Source of the DNA: an uncultured Verrucomicrobiaceae bacterium
GTDB lineage: Bacteria > Verrucomicrobiota > Verrucomicrobiia > Verrucomicrobiales > Verrucomicrobiaceae
DNA length: 64,000 bases
Reading direction: 5' to 3'
NCBI GenBank assembly: GCA_937983425.1
Contig: CALJZZ010000122.1
Location: forward strand, 99,285-163,284
Part shown: piece by piece, positions 27,759 to 36,583 of the stretch
How the letters are laid out: every line of letters begins with the position of its first letter
How positions within the stretch are numbered: position 1 is the first letter of the stretch
Translations under genes and position numbers: made by a program
Notes under the pieces: model-generated
The model's input: the letters and a program-made list of their open reading frames with translations, nothing else
What the model was told of the DNA's origin: nothing
Databases searched by the model: none

Positions 27759-28403
27759 ATGAGCACGCCATCCCCCGCCAAAACCAAAACGCTCCTCATC
27801 GCCGGAGCCGCCGGACTCGTCATCGCACTCTGGTTCGGCTGGCAATGGGCCGGCAAGGAGCCTGAGGCTCCCGCGCCCGTCACCAAAACGAAGGACAAAG
27901 CCGGCACCAAGACCGAGCCCAACCTGCTCAGCACTCCTCAGCCTACCACGCCGCCTGCTGAGAAGAAAACCGAACCCGGCCAGCAGCTCATGACCGCCGA
28001 GGAGGGGGATGTTCTCATTGATGAAATCCTCCGCTCCGACAAGGAAATCCCGCAGATGGCGCGCGACCTGCATGAACTCGTCAAAAAGCTCAATGGCGAG
28101 GCCCAGGTCAACGCCAGCCACCATCTCGTCAATCTCACCAGCGACGAGGACTACGGCCTCATCGCCGGACTTCTCGTGGACCAGAAGACCAACCCCGAAG
28201 TCCTCGACGTGCTTTTCTCCGACCTCATGAACCGCAACCGGGAACTGCAAATGCCCCTGTTCATGAACATCCTCAAAAATCCCCAGCATCCCCAGAGCCA
28301 GGAAGTGCGCGACGTGCTCACCATCCTCGCCGGCGAGGATTTTGGAAACGACTGGGCCGCCTGGGACAAATGGGCGATCGAGGAGCTCCAGGCCAACCAG
28401 TGA
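27759..28403 (+). CDS. membrane-anchored hypothetical protein (helical-repeat C-terminal part)
   Basis: N-terminal TM helix LLIAGAAGLVIALWFGW. Coding-like composition, with no motif I recognise. Confidence 0.5.
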   Translation: MSTPSPAKTKTLLIAGAAGLVIALWFGWQWAGKEPEAPAPVTKTKDKAGTKTEPNLLSTPQPTTPPAEKKTEPGQQLMTAEEGDVLIDEILRSDKEIPQMARDLHELVKKLNGEAQVNASHHLVNLTSDEDYGLIAGLLVDQKTNPEVLDVLFSDLMNRNRELQMPLFMNILKNPQHPQSQEVRDVLTILAGEDFGNDWAAWDKWAIEELQANQ

Positions 28404-29404
28404 GCAGGCACGGTCAGGGTGCTGAAGTGGAGTCCTTTGCAGCCTTCATGGCGCGCGCGCTGCATGATCCCGCCACAGGTTACTACGCGCGCCGCATCCA
28501 CACCGTGGGCCAGCGCGGTGACTTCTCCACCGCCGCCACGCTCTCCCCTGCCCTGGGTGAGTCCGTGGCCGCCTGGATCCAAATGCAAACGCGCTTCATG
28601 CCCGATGTCCGCCACGTCATCGAAGTCGGAGCCGGGGACGGCTCCCTGATGGCCTCGGTTCGCAAAGTTTCAGGCTGGTGGCGCCGCCGCTCCCTGCGCT
28701 GGCATGTGGTGGAAACCTCGCCCGTGCTGGCCAGGGCGCAGCGGCGCCGTCTGGGCAGTGGCGTGAAGTGGCATTCACGCCTTGAAGACGCCCTCTCCGC
28801 GGCGCGCGGCAGAGCTTTCATCTACCACAACGAACTGCTGGATGCCTTTCCCGTCCATCTCATCGAATGGCAGGACGGCGAGTGGAGTGAGATTCACCTC
28901 GACCAAGGAGCCGAGACCCCGTGTCCGCTGGACTGGCCGGAGCAGGAGCGCTCGCAGTTCAGCGCGCTGCGCGAGTGGCAAAACCCGCCGCCCGGCCAGC
29001 GCTGCGAGCTTCACCGCCCCGTGCGCGACTGGTTCCGCTTCTGGGCCCCCGCCTGGCAGGCGGGGGCCATGCTCGCGATTGACTACGGCGATCTTTTTCC
29101 CGCCCTCTACCACCGCCGCCCGCGCGGCACCCTGCGCGCCTACCTGCTCCACCAGAGGCTGGAGGGGGTGGAGGTTTATGCAAATCCCGGACGGCAGGAC
29201 ATCACCGCTGACATCAATTTCACCGACCTGCGCTCCTGGACCACCTCGCTCGGCTGGCAGGAACACGAGTACATGACGCTCGCGGATTTTTTTCGCGCCC
29301 ACTTAAAACCCGCCTCTCTAGCCGCCCTCCCGCCATCGTTTCTCCACCCGGACGGGGCAGGCGGCGCGTTCAAATGCCTGTCGGCGGCAAAAGTGGCGGC
29401 GTGA
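28400..29404 (+). CDS. MidA/NDUFAF7-like (DUF185) class I SAM-dependent methyltransferase
   Basis: FMARALHDPATGYYA...GDFSTAATLSP...VIEVGAGDGSL. The GTG at 28400 overlaps the previous stop (GTGA). The track ORF begins at 28370. Confidence 0.7.
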   Translation: MSRHGQGAEVESFAAFMARALHDPATGYYARRIHTVGQRGDFSTAATLSPALGESVAAWIQMQTRFMPDVRHVIEVGAGDGSLMASVRKVSGWWRRRSLRWHVVETSPVLARAQRRRLGSGVKWHSRLEDALSAARGRAFIYHNELLDAFPVHLIEWQDGEWSEIHLDQGAETPCPLDWPEQERSQFSALREWQNPPPGQRCELHRPVRDWFRFWAPAWQAGAMLAIDYGDLFPALYHRRPRGTLRAYLLHQRLEGVEVYANPGRQDITADINFTDLRSWTTSLGWQEHEYMTLADFFRAHLKPASLAALPPSFLHPDGAGGAFKCLSAAKVAA

Positions 29405-29463
29405 TCCCGACTTGCGGCCCCGTTTATGTTGACCGGCGGCTTCACCGCCTCATTTTTTGCCGC

Positions 29464-30321
29464 ATGATCACCCACACCGCCCGCCCTTTGAAAGTCGTTC
29501 TCTATGAGGGGAACGGAGCCATTCCGCTGCCTCAGGAGGCGCGGGCGAAAGTCATGATGGCCCTGCTGGACAAAGGCTACTCCGTCTCGCGCGTCACTCC
29601 CGGCGCGTCCGCAGCCCCCCGCCCTGCGGACGACCACACGCTTCTGGTGCTCGGCGCCTTCGAGCACCGCCAGGCCCCCGCCATCGAGGACGCGGCGGGC
29701 AGAATCAAAATCGAGGCGCGGGACATCACCGGTCTGGAGGCGGAGGGCGTGGTATCGCTTGTCGAGCAAACCCGCGGCGCGCGCCCGATGAACGAGCCCG
29801 GCAAATGGAAGCCCTGGTTCCCCGTCATTGACTACACCCGCTGCACAAACTGCATGCAGTGCCTCAGCTTCTGCCTCTTCGATGTCTATGGCGTCAGCGC
29901 CGACCACAAAATCCAGGTCCAAAACAACGACAACTGCAAGACCAACTGCCCCGCCTGCTCCCGTGTATGCCCCGAAGTCGCCATCATGTTCCCGAAATAC
30001 CAGGGCGGCCCCATCAACGGCGACGAGGTCAGCGCCGCCGACCACGGCCGGGAGAAAATGAAAGTGGATATTTCCTCTTTGTTAGGCGGCGACATCTACG
30101 CGGCGCTCAAAGACCGCAGCGCCGCCGCCAAGAGCCGCTTCAGCAAGGAGCGCAGTCCTGACAAAGCGCTCGACGAGCGCAAAAAATGCCTCACCAAGCT
30201 CGTGAGTGATGGGTTCATTCCCATGGACGTACTCGCCTCGCTGCCCAGCCCGGATGAAATCCTCCGCAAAGCCGAAGAGGCCAAAGCAAAAGCCGCTGCC
30301 GCTCTGGCGGCTCAGGCTTGA
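29464..30321 (+). CDS. 4Fe-4S dicluster ferredoxin-domain protein
   Basis: CTNCMQCLSFC and CKTNCPACSRVCP cluster motifs. The start is taken at MITHTARPLK. Confidence 0.7.
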   Translation: MITHTARPLKVVLYEGNGAIPLPQEARAKVMMALLDKGYSVSRVTPGASAAPRPADDHTLLVLGAFEHRQAPAIEDAAGRIKIEARDITGLEAEGVVSLVEQTRGARPMNEPGKWKPWFPVIDYTRCTNCMQCLSFCLFDVYGVSADHKIQVQNNDNCKTNCPACSRVCPEVAIMFPKYQGGPINGDEVSAADHGREKMKVDISSLLGGDIYAALKDRSAAAKSRFSKERSPDKALDERKKCLTKLVSDGFIPMDVLASLPSPDEILRKAEEAKAKAAAALAAQA

Positions 30322-30339
30322 ACGGCGCAGACGGTGGTA

Positions 30340-30609
30340 TTGCATAAAGCCCTCTTTATGAGTGTCTTATATTGTTTCACGGACATTTATTTCGAAAGAA
30401 TTCGATAATCAGGGGTGACACTCAATTCGCCAATTCCAGCGACATTGGTAGCATGGCAAGAGCGAAACATCTCAGATGTGAAGCGATTTTCCATCTGATT
30501 TCTTACCAATACCAAGCCAATGACTTATCCATTTGCTATAATTTAGTCGCATTATTAAAAAAACGAGAATTTTTGTTTGCGCAATTGATAATCAAAGGAG
30601 AGAATTGCG
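30340..30609 (+). promoter_or_regulatory. AT-rich island with extended -10-like TGCTATAAT (30534-30542) and SD AAAGGAG (30594-30600) ahead of the pilin operon
   Basis: Base composition drops sharply compared with the flanks. The palindromes TTTCGAAA and GAATTC are present. The SD lies 9 nt before GTG 30610. Confidence 0.4.
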
Positions 30610-31071
30610 GTGTGGATTATAAATTCCACATTCACTATGAAAACACACATCAATCGCACAAACAACACTCGTCTCGCCAAGCGCCTCAACGCCTCCGGGA
30701 TGACTCTCATCGAAATCAGTCTGGTGATCGCCCTCCTTCTGGGATTGATCGCTGTCGTCTTCCTCGGCCTTGGCACCTACCGTGCCGGCGCTGACAAGGC
30801 GAAATGCAAAATGCAGCTCGCCGCTGTCCAAAAAGCCGTCCGCGCCGGAGCCAACTTCCAGAACCTCGACATCGGGGCCGATCTGGAGAGCACCGATGTC
30901 TTCGGTGCCGGCCTGCTTATGGAAAACGAGCCCGCCTGCCCTTCCGGTGGTGAATACGCCTGGGAAGCCACCGTCCCCGCAGTCGGCACTCCCTACGGCA
31001 ACTGCGACTTTGAAGGCACGGGTGCCACGTCCACCCATGTGCTGGTGGAAGCTGACACAACAGATTGGTAA
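30610..31071 (+). CDS. prepilin-type N-terminal cleavage/methylation domain protein (major pilin/pseudopilin candidate)
   Basis: ...KRLNASG|MTLIEISLVIALLLGLIAVVF shows the class III signal (G-1, E+5). A GTG start at 30610 has an SD; the alternative ATG is at 30637. Confidence 0.8.
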   Translation: MWIINSTFTMKTHINRTNNTRLAKRLNASGMTLIEISLVIALLLGLIAVVFLGLGTYRAGADKAKCKMQLAAVQKAVRAGANFQNLDIGADLESTDVFGAGLLMENEPACPSGGEYAWEATVPAVGTPYGNCDFEGTGATSTHVLVEADTTDW

Positions 31072-31120
31072 AACACAGATCGGATCCCGGCGTCCCGGCA
31101 ACCATTCCCTCCCGAATTCC

Positions 31121-33007
31121 ATGCTCAGCATCACCGATCCCTGCGAACTCAAGGCGGCTGACATTTACCGTCAGGCGCGCGCGGTGGCATCCAAGACGAG
31201 CAGGGGCACGGACGGGGACTGGTACCGGGAGCCGGACGATCTGGCCTGGCAATGGCACATCTGGTTCGACGGCGGGAGAGAGGTCGCCTCGGCGGCCTTC
31301 TCCCGCCTCGACAACCAGTGGCGGCCCGGACCAGCCCTGCCGCTGGCCAGCCTGACCACGGCGGAAAACGCATCCGAGCTGCTCGGCGAGTTGATTTCCA
31401 CCTCCTATTACAGCCAGAAACCCAAATCCCTGGGAGTCATTCTGCATGTGGCGGATGAGTTTGCCCTCGCGGAAATGGCGCAGACCCTCGAAGCCGCCGC
31501 CGAGGGGGGGGAGGATTTCAAAATTCTCCGCTACAATTTGGTGGACGAGCCGCTGGAGATGCTGGCGGATCGTGAAGTCTCCACCGACACCACCTCCTGG
31601 CGTCTCCTGCCATTCTGGGGCGCGGGTCCCGGCCAGACGCGCTCGGTGGCGATGGCTCTTTCGCGCGCGCGCGAACCCTTTATGCAGAAGCTCATGGCCG
31701 AGGGCGAAAAAATGCGCCTGCCAGTCCGCGTCTCCGTGACCAGCGCGCCTTTGGAGGCGCTGGCCGCCCTGCCCTTGATCCAGCCTGAAGCGCGCGGCGG
31801 CAGGCTGGTCGTCATGCCCTATTTGAAGTACACCGCCGTTTTTGCGCTCAGCCCGGAGGGCGAGCTGCGCGCGGCGCGCAGCCTCTCACACAGGGGCGGG
31901 TCACTCACACCGGCAGGGTTTGGCGACATTTTATGGAACATGGCTGTGGCTGCCGAACTCGCCGGCGCGGACCACGCCGGCAAACCGCGCCTCCTGCTCG
32001 CCTCCTCCAACCAGCGCGCCGTGGAGGCGGCCGCGAAGGATCTCGAGCTTTACTCGCTCAGCCGGCAGGAACTGGAGTGCGAAATTTTGGACCTGGGAAG
32101 CCTGCCGCAGCTCGCCGCCATTCCAGGGAACTTGATGGAACTGATGATTTACGACTCGGCCGCCATTGAGCAGGTGCGCGCTGGTGGAGCGCCTCTGGGC
32201 GGCACTGAAACGTTCCCCGCGCTCTGGCAGGGCTGGGCCGGGCAGAATTTCATGGACCTGGCGCGTCTCGACACGCTCTACCCCACGCTGAGCGACCTGC
32301 GCATGCTGCGCTTCTCCACCTGGTTTGTTGTTCTGCTCGTCTTCACACTCGTCAGCACCGGGGCTTATGGAACCTGGTCGTTGTTCTCCGCCATGAACCA
32401 TCCCTCATGGGAGCTGACGGAGTCGCAGGTCAGCATGACCAAGGCGAAGCACGCCAAGCTCATTGACGAGCAAACCCAGATCCAGCTCACCGAGCAGCTG
32501 CTGCTGCCGCGCTCGCGCGGATGGACCACGCTGGAATTTCTCCTGCAGCTCTTCCCCGAGGACTCGGGGGTCAGGCTGGAAAACTTCAGCTACTCCCTGG
32601 AAGCAGCCCGCTCCGCCGCCTCTTCATCCTCGCGCTCCTCGAAAGGTTCCAAAGGCAAAGGCTCCAAAAACGACGCCACCGGGCTGGTGCGGAACTGGAC
32701 CATCAAAGGCCTCGTCAAACCCAAGGCCCTCGAGTTGCTCAACTCCCTCAACAGCCAGCGCGGCCTCGGAGCCTTCTTCGAGCAGGTGGCCGGAGCCACG
32801 GACGACCCTGGTTTCAAGCCAGACCCGGCCCGCCAAATCACCGTCTCACTCACCCAGGGGCGCAATTCCCGCTATGACTCGCAGGCCACGGCGGCGGACG
32901 CGGCGCGCGATCCCACGCTGGCTTTCCCCTTCAATTTCGAAATCCAGATCTCGCAGACCATCTCTGAAAAAGACACCCTGGCACTGCCTTTGGAAAAGCC
33001 CTTTTGA
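31121..33007 (+). CDS. bitopic assembly protein, PilM/PilN-like by position and topology
   Basis: A ~430-aa cytoplasmic part, one TM helix (FSTWFVVLLVFTLVSTGAYGTW) and a ~170-aa periplasmic part. The first in-frame ATG after the pilin stop is used. The functional assignment is inferred. Confidence 0.55.
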   Translation: MLSITDPCELKAADIYRQARAVASKTSRGTDGDWYREPDDLAWQWHIWFDGGREVASAAFSRLDNQWRPGPALPLASLTTAENASELLGELISTSYYSQKPKSLGVILHVADEFALAEMAQTLEAAAEGGEDFKILRYNLVDEPLEMLADREVSTDTTSWRLLPFWGAGPGQTRSVAMALSRAREPFMQKLMAEGEKMRLPVRVSVTSAPLEALAALPLIQPEARGGRLVVMPYLKYTAVFALSPEGELRAARSLSHRGGSLTPAGFGDILWNMAVAAELAGADHAGKPRLLLASSNQRAVEAAAKDLELYSLSRQELECEILDLGSLPQLAAIPGNLMELMIYDSAAIEQVRAGGAPLGGTETFPALWQGWAGQNFMDLARLDTLYPTLSDLRMLRFSTWFVVLLVFTLVSTGAYGTWSLFSAMNHPSWELTESQVSMTKAKHAKLIDEQTQIQLTEQLLLPRSRGWTTLEFLLQLFPEDSGVRLENFSYSLEAARSAASSSSRSSKGSKGKGSKNDATGLVRNWTIKGLVKPKALELLNSLNSQRGLGAFFEQVAGATDDPGFKPDPARQITVSLTQGRNSRYDSQATAADAARDPTLAFPFNFEIQISQTISEKDTLALPLEKPF

Positions 33008-33015
33008 TCCCGGTC

Positions 33016-33576
33016 ATGAGCGCCTACTCCCAGCCCATCATCCGATTCGGCCTCGTCACCCCGGCTGTGTTCAACGTGCTCCTTCTCGGCGGAGTGCTCG
33101 CGGCGCTCGGCAAGCTGGCGGACATCCGCAAGGAGAAGGAGGAGCGCTTTGAAGAGCAGACCCAGCGGCTGGCCGCCATGAAAAAGCTCGAGGCCGACAT
33201 CGCCCCGAAACGCAAGACTTTCGCCGACCAGAAAAAGCTGCTCGAAACCGATCCGGGCCAGCTTTTCACCCGTGTCCTGGACGCCGTGCTGCCCAAGTTC
33301 AAGGAGATCGAACTGGCGCGCGGCAGCCTCGTCTTTCCGCTCGACCGCGGGCGCGTGGCGCGCCCATTGAGAACCGACGCCGCGCGCGTCAAAAGCAGCT
33401 TCTCCGGAGGCTTCGGCCCCATGCAGGAGGCCCTGCTCCAGGTGGAGTCCCTCATGCCCCAGGCCGTGCTCGAGGACATGAAAATCACGCGCAAAGCGCA
33501 CCTGCTCACCCAGCAGGAGCACCTTGTCATGGAAATGACGCACACATGCTGGAAAGCCGGGGAGGCCAAGCCATGA
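33016..33576 (+). CDS. bitopic coiled-coil protein, PilO/GspM-like by position
   Basis: TM helix VTPAVFNVLLLGGVLAAL, then a coiled coil (KEKEERFEEQTQRLAAMKKLEADI). An alternative TTG start is at 33004. Confidence 0.5.
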   Translation: MSAYSQPIIRFGLVTPAVFNVLLLGGVLAALGKLADIRKEKEERFEEQTQRLAAMKKLEADIAPKRKTFADQKKLLETDPGQLFTRVLDAVLPKFKEIELARGSLVFPLDRGRVARPLRTDAARVKSSFSGGFGPMQEALLQVESLMPQAVLEDMKITRKAHLLTQQEHLVMEMTHTCWKAGEAKP

Positions 33577-34172
33577 GAACCGCGCTCACAATCATGACCC
33601 TGTTCTCGTTCGCCCTTGGCGCCGGCGCGCAGAAACCCGCGGACGCCAGGCCGAAACGCTCCGCCTTGTTCATCGGCAAAGGCACCGCCTCATGGCTGCC
33701 CTCCGTGGAAATCCTGCCCACCGCGCTGGACATTGAGGCCGCCGCCAAAAACCTCGGCGCGCGCCAGCGCAACCTGGACCCCTTCGGCCTCGCCGTCTTC
33801 CCGCGCGAAGACGCCGCGCCGGCCTTCTTTGACGACACCCTTCGCGAGGCCCCGCGCGTGACGCTGAACCAGGTCCTTCAGTCCCTCAAGATCAACGGTG
33901 TCAATCTCGCGCGGAAAGAGTTCCTCATCGGCGGGCGCAATGTCTTTGAGGGCGACGTCATTGAAATGACCTTCAAGGGGGAGACTTTCCAGGCCCAGGT
34001 CATCGAGGTTGGCCACACCGAGCTGCGCTTCCGCAACCTCCTCCGCGATGAAACCGGCGTTCTCCTCCACTCCATGATCCCCGCGCTGCCGCTGGAGCCC
34101 ATGCACAAGATCGCCTCCCGTCTTGACGGCAAAGTCTCGCCCATGGAGCCGGCCAACCCCAAGTCACCATGA
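33573..34172 (+). CDS. secreted protein, PilP-like by position (precedes secretin)
   Basis: Signal peptide MRTALTIMTLFSFALGAGAQ. ATGA overlaps occur at both ends (33573, 34169). Confidence 0.5.
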   Translation: MRTALTIMTLFSFALGAGAQKPADARPKRSALFIGKGTASWLPSVEILPTALDIEAAAKNLGARQRNLDPFGLAVFPREDAAPAFFDDTLREAPRVTLNQVLQSLKINGVNLARKEFLIGGRNVFEGDVIEMTFKGETFQAQVIEVGHTELRFRNLLRDETGVLLHSMIPALPLEPMHKIASRLDGKVSPMEPANPKSP

Positions 34173-35989
34173 GCGCCCTTTTCACACGATGGATCAGCTC
34201 CAGCCTTGCCAGCCTGCATCTCATGGGCGCGGCGCAGGACCCCGCCGCCACTGGCACCCTGGACGCGGCCTCCCCCGCGGCGGTGGATGTCTCCTCCAGG
34301 CTCGGCGCGGCGGCCTCCACAGTCAGCAGCCTGCCCGCCCTGCCCGACGATGGATACTGGATAGACAACGCCCCCATCAACGAGGTCTTCCAATACCTCG
34401 CCCGCAGCGCCGGACTGCAGTTCTTTCACAACAACGAGCTGGCCACCCCTGCCTTCAATGTCACCGGTCATCTCAAGCTCGACAATCCGCGCCAGCAGAT
34501 GGAGGACCTGGCCCAGGCCTACGGTCTCACCGTTTACCAGCAGCGCTCCACCGTCAGCCTGCTCAATGATGCGCAGCTCTCCAGGCTGCCTCTTGAGGTC
34601 ATGAGTTATGAGCTCAAATACCTTCGCGGAGCGCCGCTCAACCGCGCCAACCAGGGCGGAGGAGGAGGCGGCGGCGGTGGAGCCACTGTGGATGGCATGG
34701 ATGGGGGCGGCGGCACGGGTGGTGGAGGCGGCGGATCACAGCAGGCTGACTTTGAGAAACTCAAAGCCATCATCCGCCCGCTGCTCACACGCGAGGTGGG
34801 CCAGATCGAGTTCGAGGAAAAAACCAACACGCTTCTTGTCACCGACAACCAGGTGAGGCTCGAACGCATCCGCGCCCTGCTCGCCCAGCTCGACAAGGCC
34901 AAGCAGCAGATCCTCGTCAACGTCCGCGTGCTGCGCATCAAGCGCAACGACGCCCGCCGCGCCGGCATAGACTGGAGTCGGGCGCTTGGCGACACGGGCA
35001 CCACCATCACCGCCTCGCAGAGTCTGAATGCCCTCTTCAACCTGCCTGACATCAGCACCATCACACGCTCCGGCGCGCTGCCCAATCCCACGACCAGCAT
35101 CAACAAGGTCAACACAGACGGCATCGGCCTCGTCTTTGGCAATCCCCAGGTGCAGGCCATCCTGCGCGCCCTGGAGGAAGCCGACATCGTCAGCCAGGAA
35201 GCATGCCCAACCATCATCACCGAGGACAACGAGCAGGGCACCATCTCCATCGTGGACCGCTTCCCGGTCATCACCGCCAACGTGACAAACAGCGGCGCGG
35301 GAGTGCAGAACATCAGCGAACTCGTCCGCTACCAGATTGACGAAAAGGATCCGGACCCCACCACAAACCCCGAAAAGAGCCGCGAGATCGGCGTCACCCT
35401 CTCCGTCACGCCCACCCTCCTGCCGGACGGCACCGTGCGCATGAAGCTGCGCCCGCGCGTGGCCAAGATCGTCGAGCTCGTCGCCGGCCAGGGCGGCAAT
35501 GTGTATCCGCGCGTCAGCGAGTCCACTGTAGAGGCCATCAGCCGCATCCCGGCCGGACAGTCGCTCTTCCTCGGCGGCTTCTATGACTACAGCGGCTCGG
35601 AGGGCGAGAACAAGGTGCCCGTGCTTGGCAGCATCCCCGTCATCCGCAAACTGTTCAGCACCGAGCAGAGGAAGCTGGAGCAGGTCAGCCTTGTCTTCAT
35701 CATCACCCCCCAGATTTATGATGCCTCAAACGCGGCCGAACTGCCCGGCGTGAACTGGCAGATGCGCGAGTATTCAGCCATGCAGCCCGAGGACATCGCG
35801 GATTCCGGGCTTTCCCTCACCGGAGATGGCGGCGGGAACCAGGGCCTTGCGGCCAGGGCCGCCCTTCCGGCGTCCGCGCCCAGGGAGTCGTGGCTCCGGC
35901 GCGTCTTCACCAAAAAGTCATCACCCGCCATGGTGCAGTCTCCGGCGGCAGGTCCGTCCGGCACTCATGGCGGAGCCCCCTACCGCTGA
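34169..35989 (+). CDS. secretin (GspD/PilQ family) with poly-Gly insertion
   Basis: C-terminal secretin signature VPVLGSIPVIRKLFSTEQRKLEQVSLVFIITPQI; N-domain-like repeats are present. Confidence 0.85.
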   Translation: MSALFTRWISSSLASLHLMGAAQDPAATGTLDAASPAAVDVSSRLGAAASTVSSLPALPDDGYWIDNAPINEVFQYLARSAGLQFFHNNELATPAFNVTGHLKLDNPRQQMEDLAQAYGLTVYQQRSTVSLLNDAQLSRLPLEVMSYELKYLRGAPLNRANQGGGGGGGGGATVDGMDGGGGTGGGGGGSQQADFEKLKAIIRPLLTREVGQIEFEEKTNTLLVTDNQVRLERIRALLAQLDKAKQQILVNVRVLRIKRNDARRAGIDWSRALGDTGTTITASQSLNALFNLPDISTITRSGALPNPTTSINKVNTDGIGLVFGNPQVQAILRALEEADIVSQEACPTIITEDNEQGTISIVDRFPVITANVTNSGAGVQNISELVRYQIDEKDPDPTTNPEKSREIGVTLSVTPTLLPDGTVRMKLRPRVAKIVELVAGQGGNVYPRVSESTVEAISRIPAGQSLFLGGFYDYSGSEGENKVPVLGSIPVIRKLFSTEQRKLEQVSLVFIITPQIYDASNAAELPGVNWQMREYSAMQPEDIADSGLSLTGDGGGNQGLAARAALPASAPRESWLRRVFTKKSSPAMVQSPAAGPSGTHGGAPYR

Positions 35990-35995
35990 ACCCGC

Positions 35996-36583
35996 ATGGT
36001 CGCCGAAGCAGTCAATGGCATTCCCCTCTCCGCCACCGTTCCCGGACTCTCCGACATCCGGCCGGTGCTGGAGCGCATCGCCGTCACATGTGTCAAGCAT
36101 CTGCGCCTCGGCGGCTACCTTTCAGAAGCCGAGGCCGCCTTGCTCACCTCCTCCTACCGCGAAAGCATCTGCCGCCCGTCACCCCCTCAGGACGCTCTCA
36201 TCTTCATCGCCGAGACCCAGGCGGAAAAGCACTCCCTCACTGTCGAGGGCGAGGTGCTGCGCATGCAGAAAATCCTCCGCGCCAGCCTCAGCGACCGCGT
36301 CCACTACTGGAGTTTCGGCCCCCTGCCCGGCCGGGCGGACGCGCTTTACGAGCACTGCCCCGCCCTGCGCCCCATCTGCGGAGCCCTCGGCTGCCCCGCC
36401 ATCATGGCCGGCGAGACCAGCATCGTGCATGTGGCATCCATCAACCCCGTGGCCGCCACCGTAGCCTCCTTTTGGATCGGCCACGAACTCAACCGCGTCA
36501 CTGCTGGAGACTCGCCTTTCGTCTTTTCCTTCCTCACCGACCTGGCCTCCTGGAGCCAGCTCATGCAGCGCCACTTCGCATGA
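35996..36583 (+). CDS. stand-alone protein whose C-terminal half resembles a GspE/MshE N-terminal (T2SSE_N) domain
   Basis: ALGCPAIMAGETSIVHVASINPVAATVASFWIGHEL resembles the '...ll.vamadP.d......l...l' pattern. Its stop overlaps the ATPase start (ATGA at 36580). Confidence 0.45.
   Translation: MVAEAVNGIPLSATVPGLSDIRPVLERIAVTCVKHLRLGGYLSEAEAALLTSSYRESICRPSPPQDALIFIAETQAEKHSLTVEGEVLRMQKILRASLSDRVHYWSFGPLPGRADALYEHCPALRPICGALGCPAIMAGETSIVHVASINPVAATVASFWIGHELNRVTAGDSPFVFSFLTDLASWSQLMQRHFA

Noticed and set aside
30372-30794. 140-aa ORF in the AT-rich island
   Set aside because: Its composition and codon usage are unlike the rest of the window. It overlaps the SD and start of the pilin gene, so the region was treated as regulatory DNA.
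35890-36579. N-terminal extensions of track ORFs 35890-38271, 40952-44317, 47776-49020, 55654-56625 and 56717-57661
   Set aside because: In each case the upstream part overlaps a better-supported gene in another frame or strand and is low-complexity. Internal ATGs that overlap the preceding stop give family-typical N-termini.
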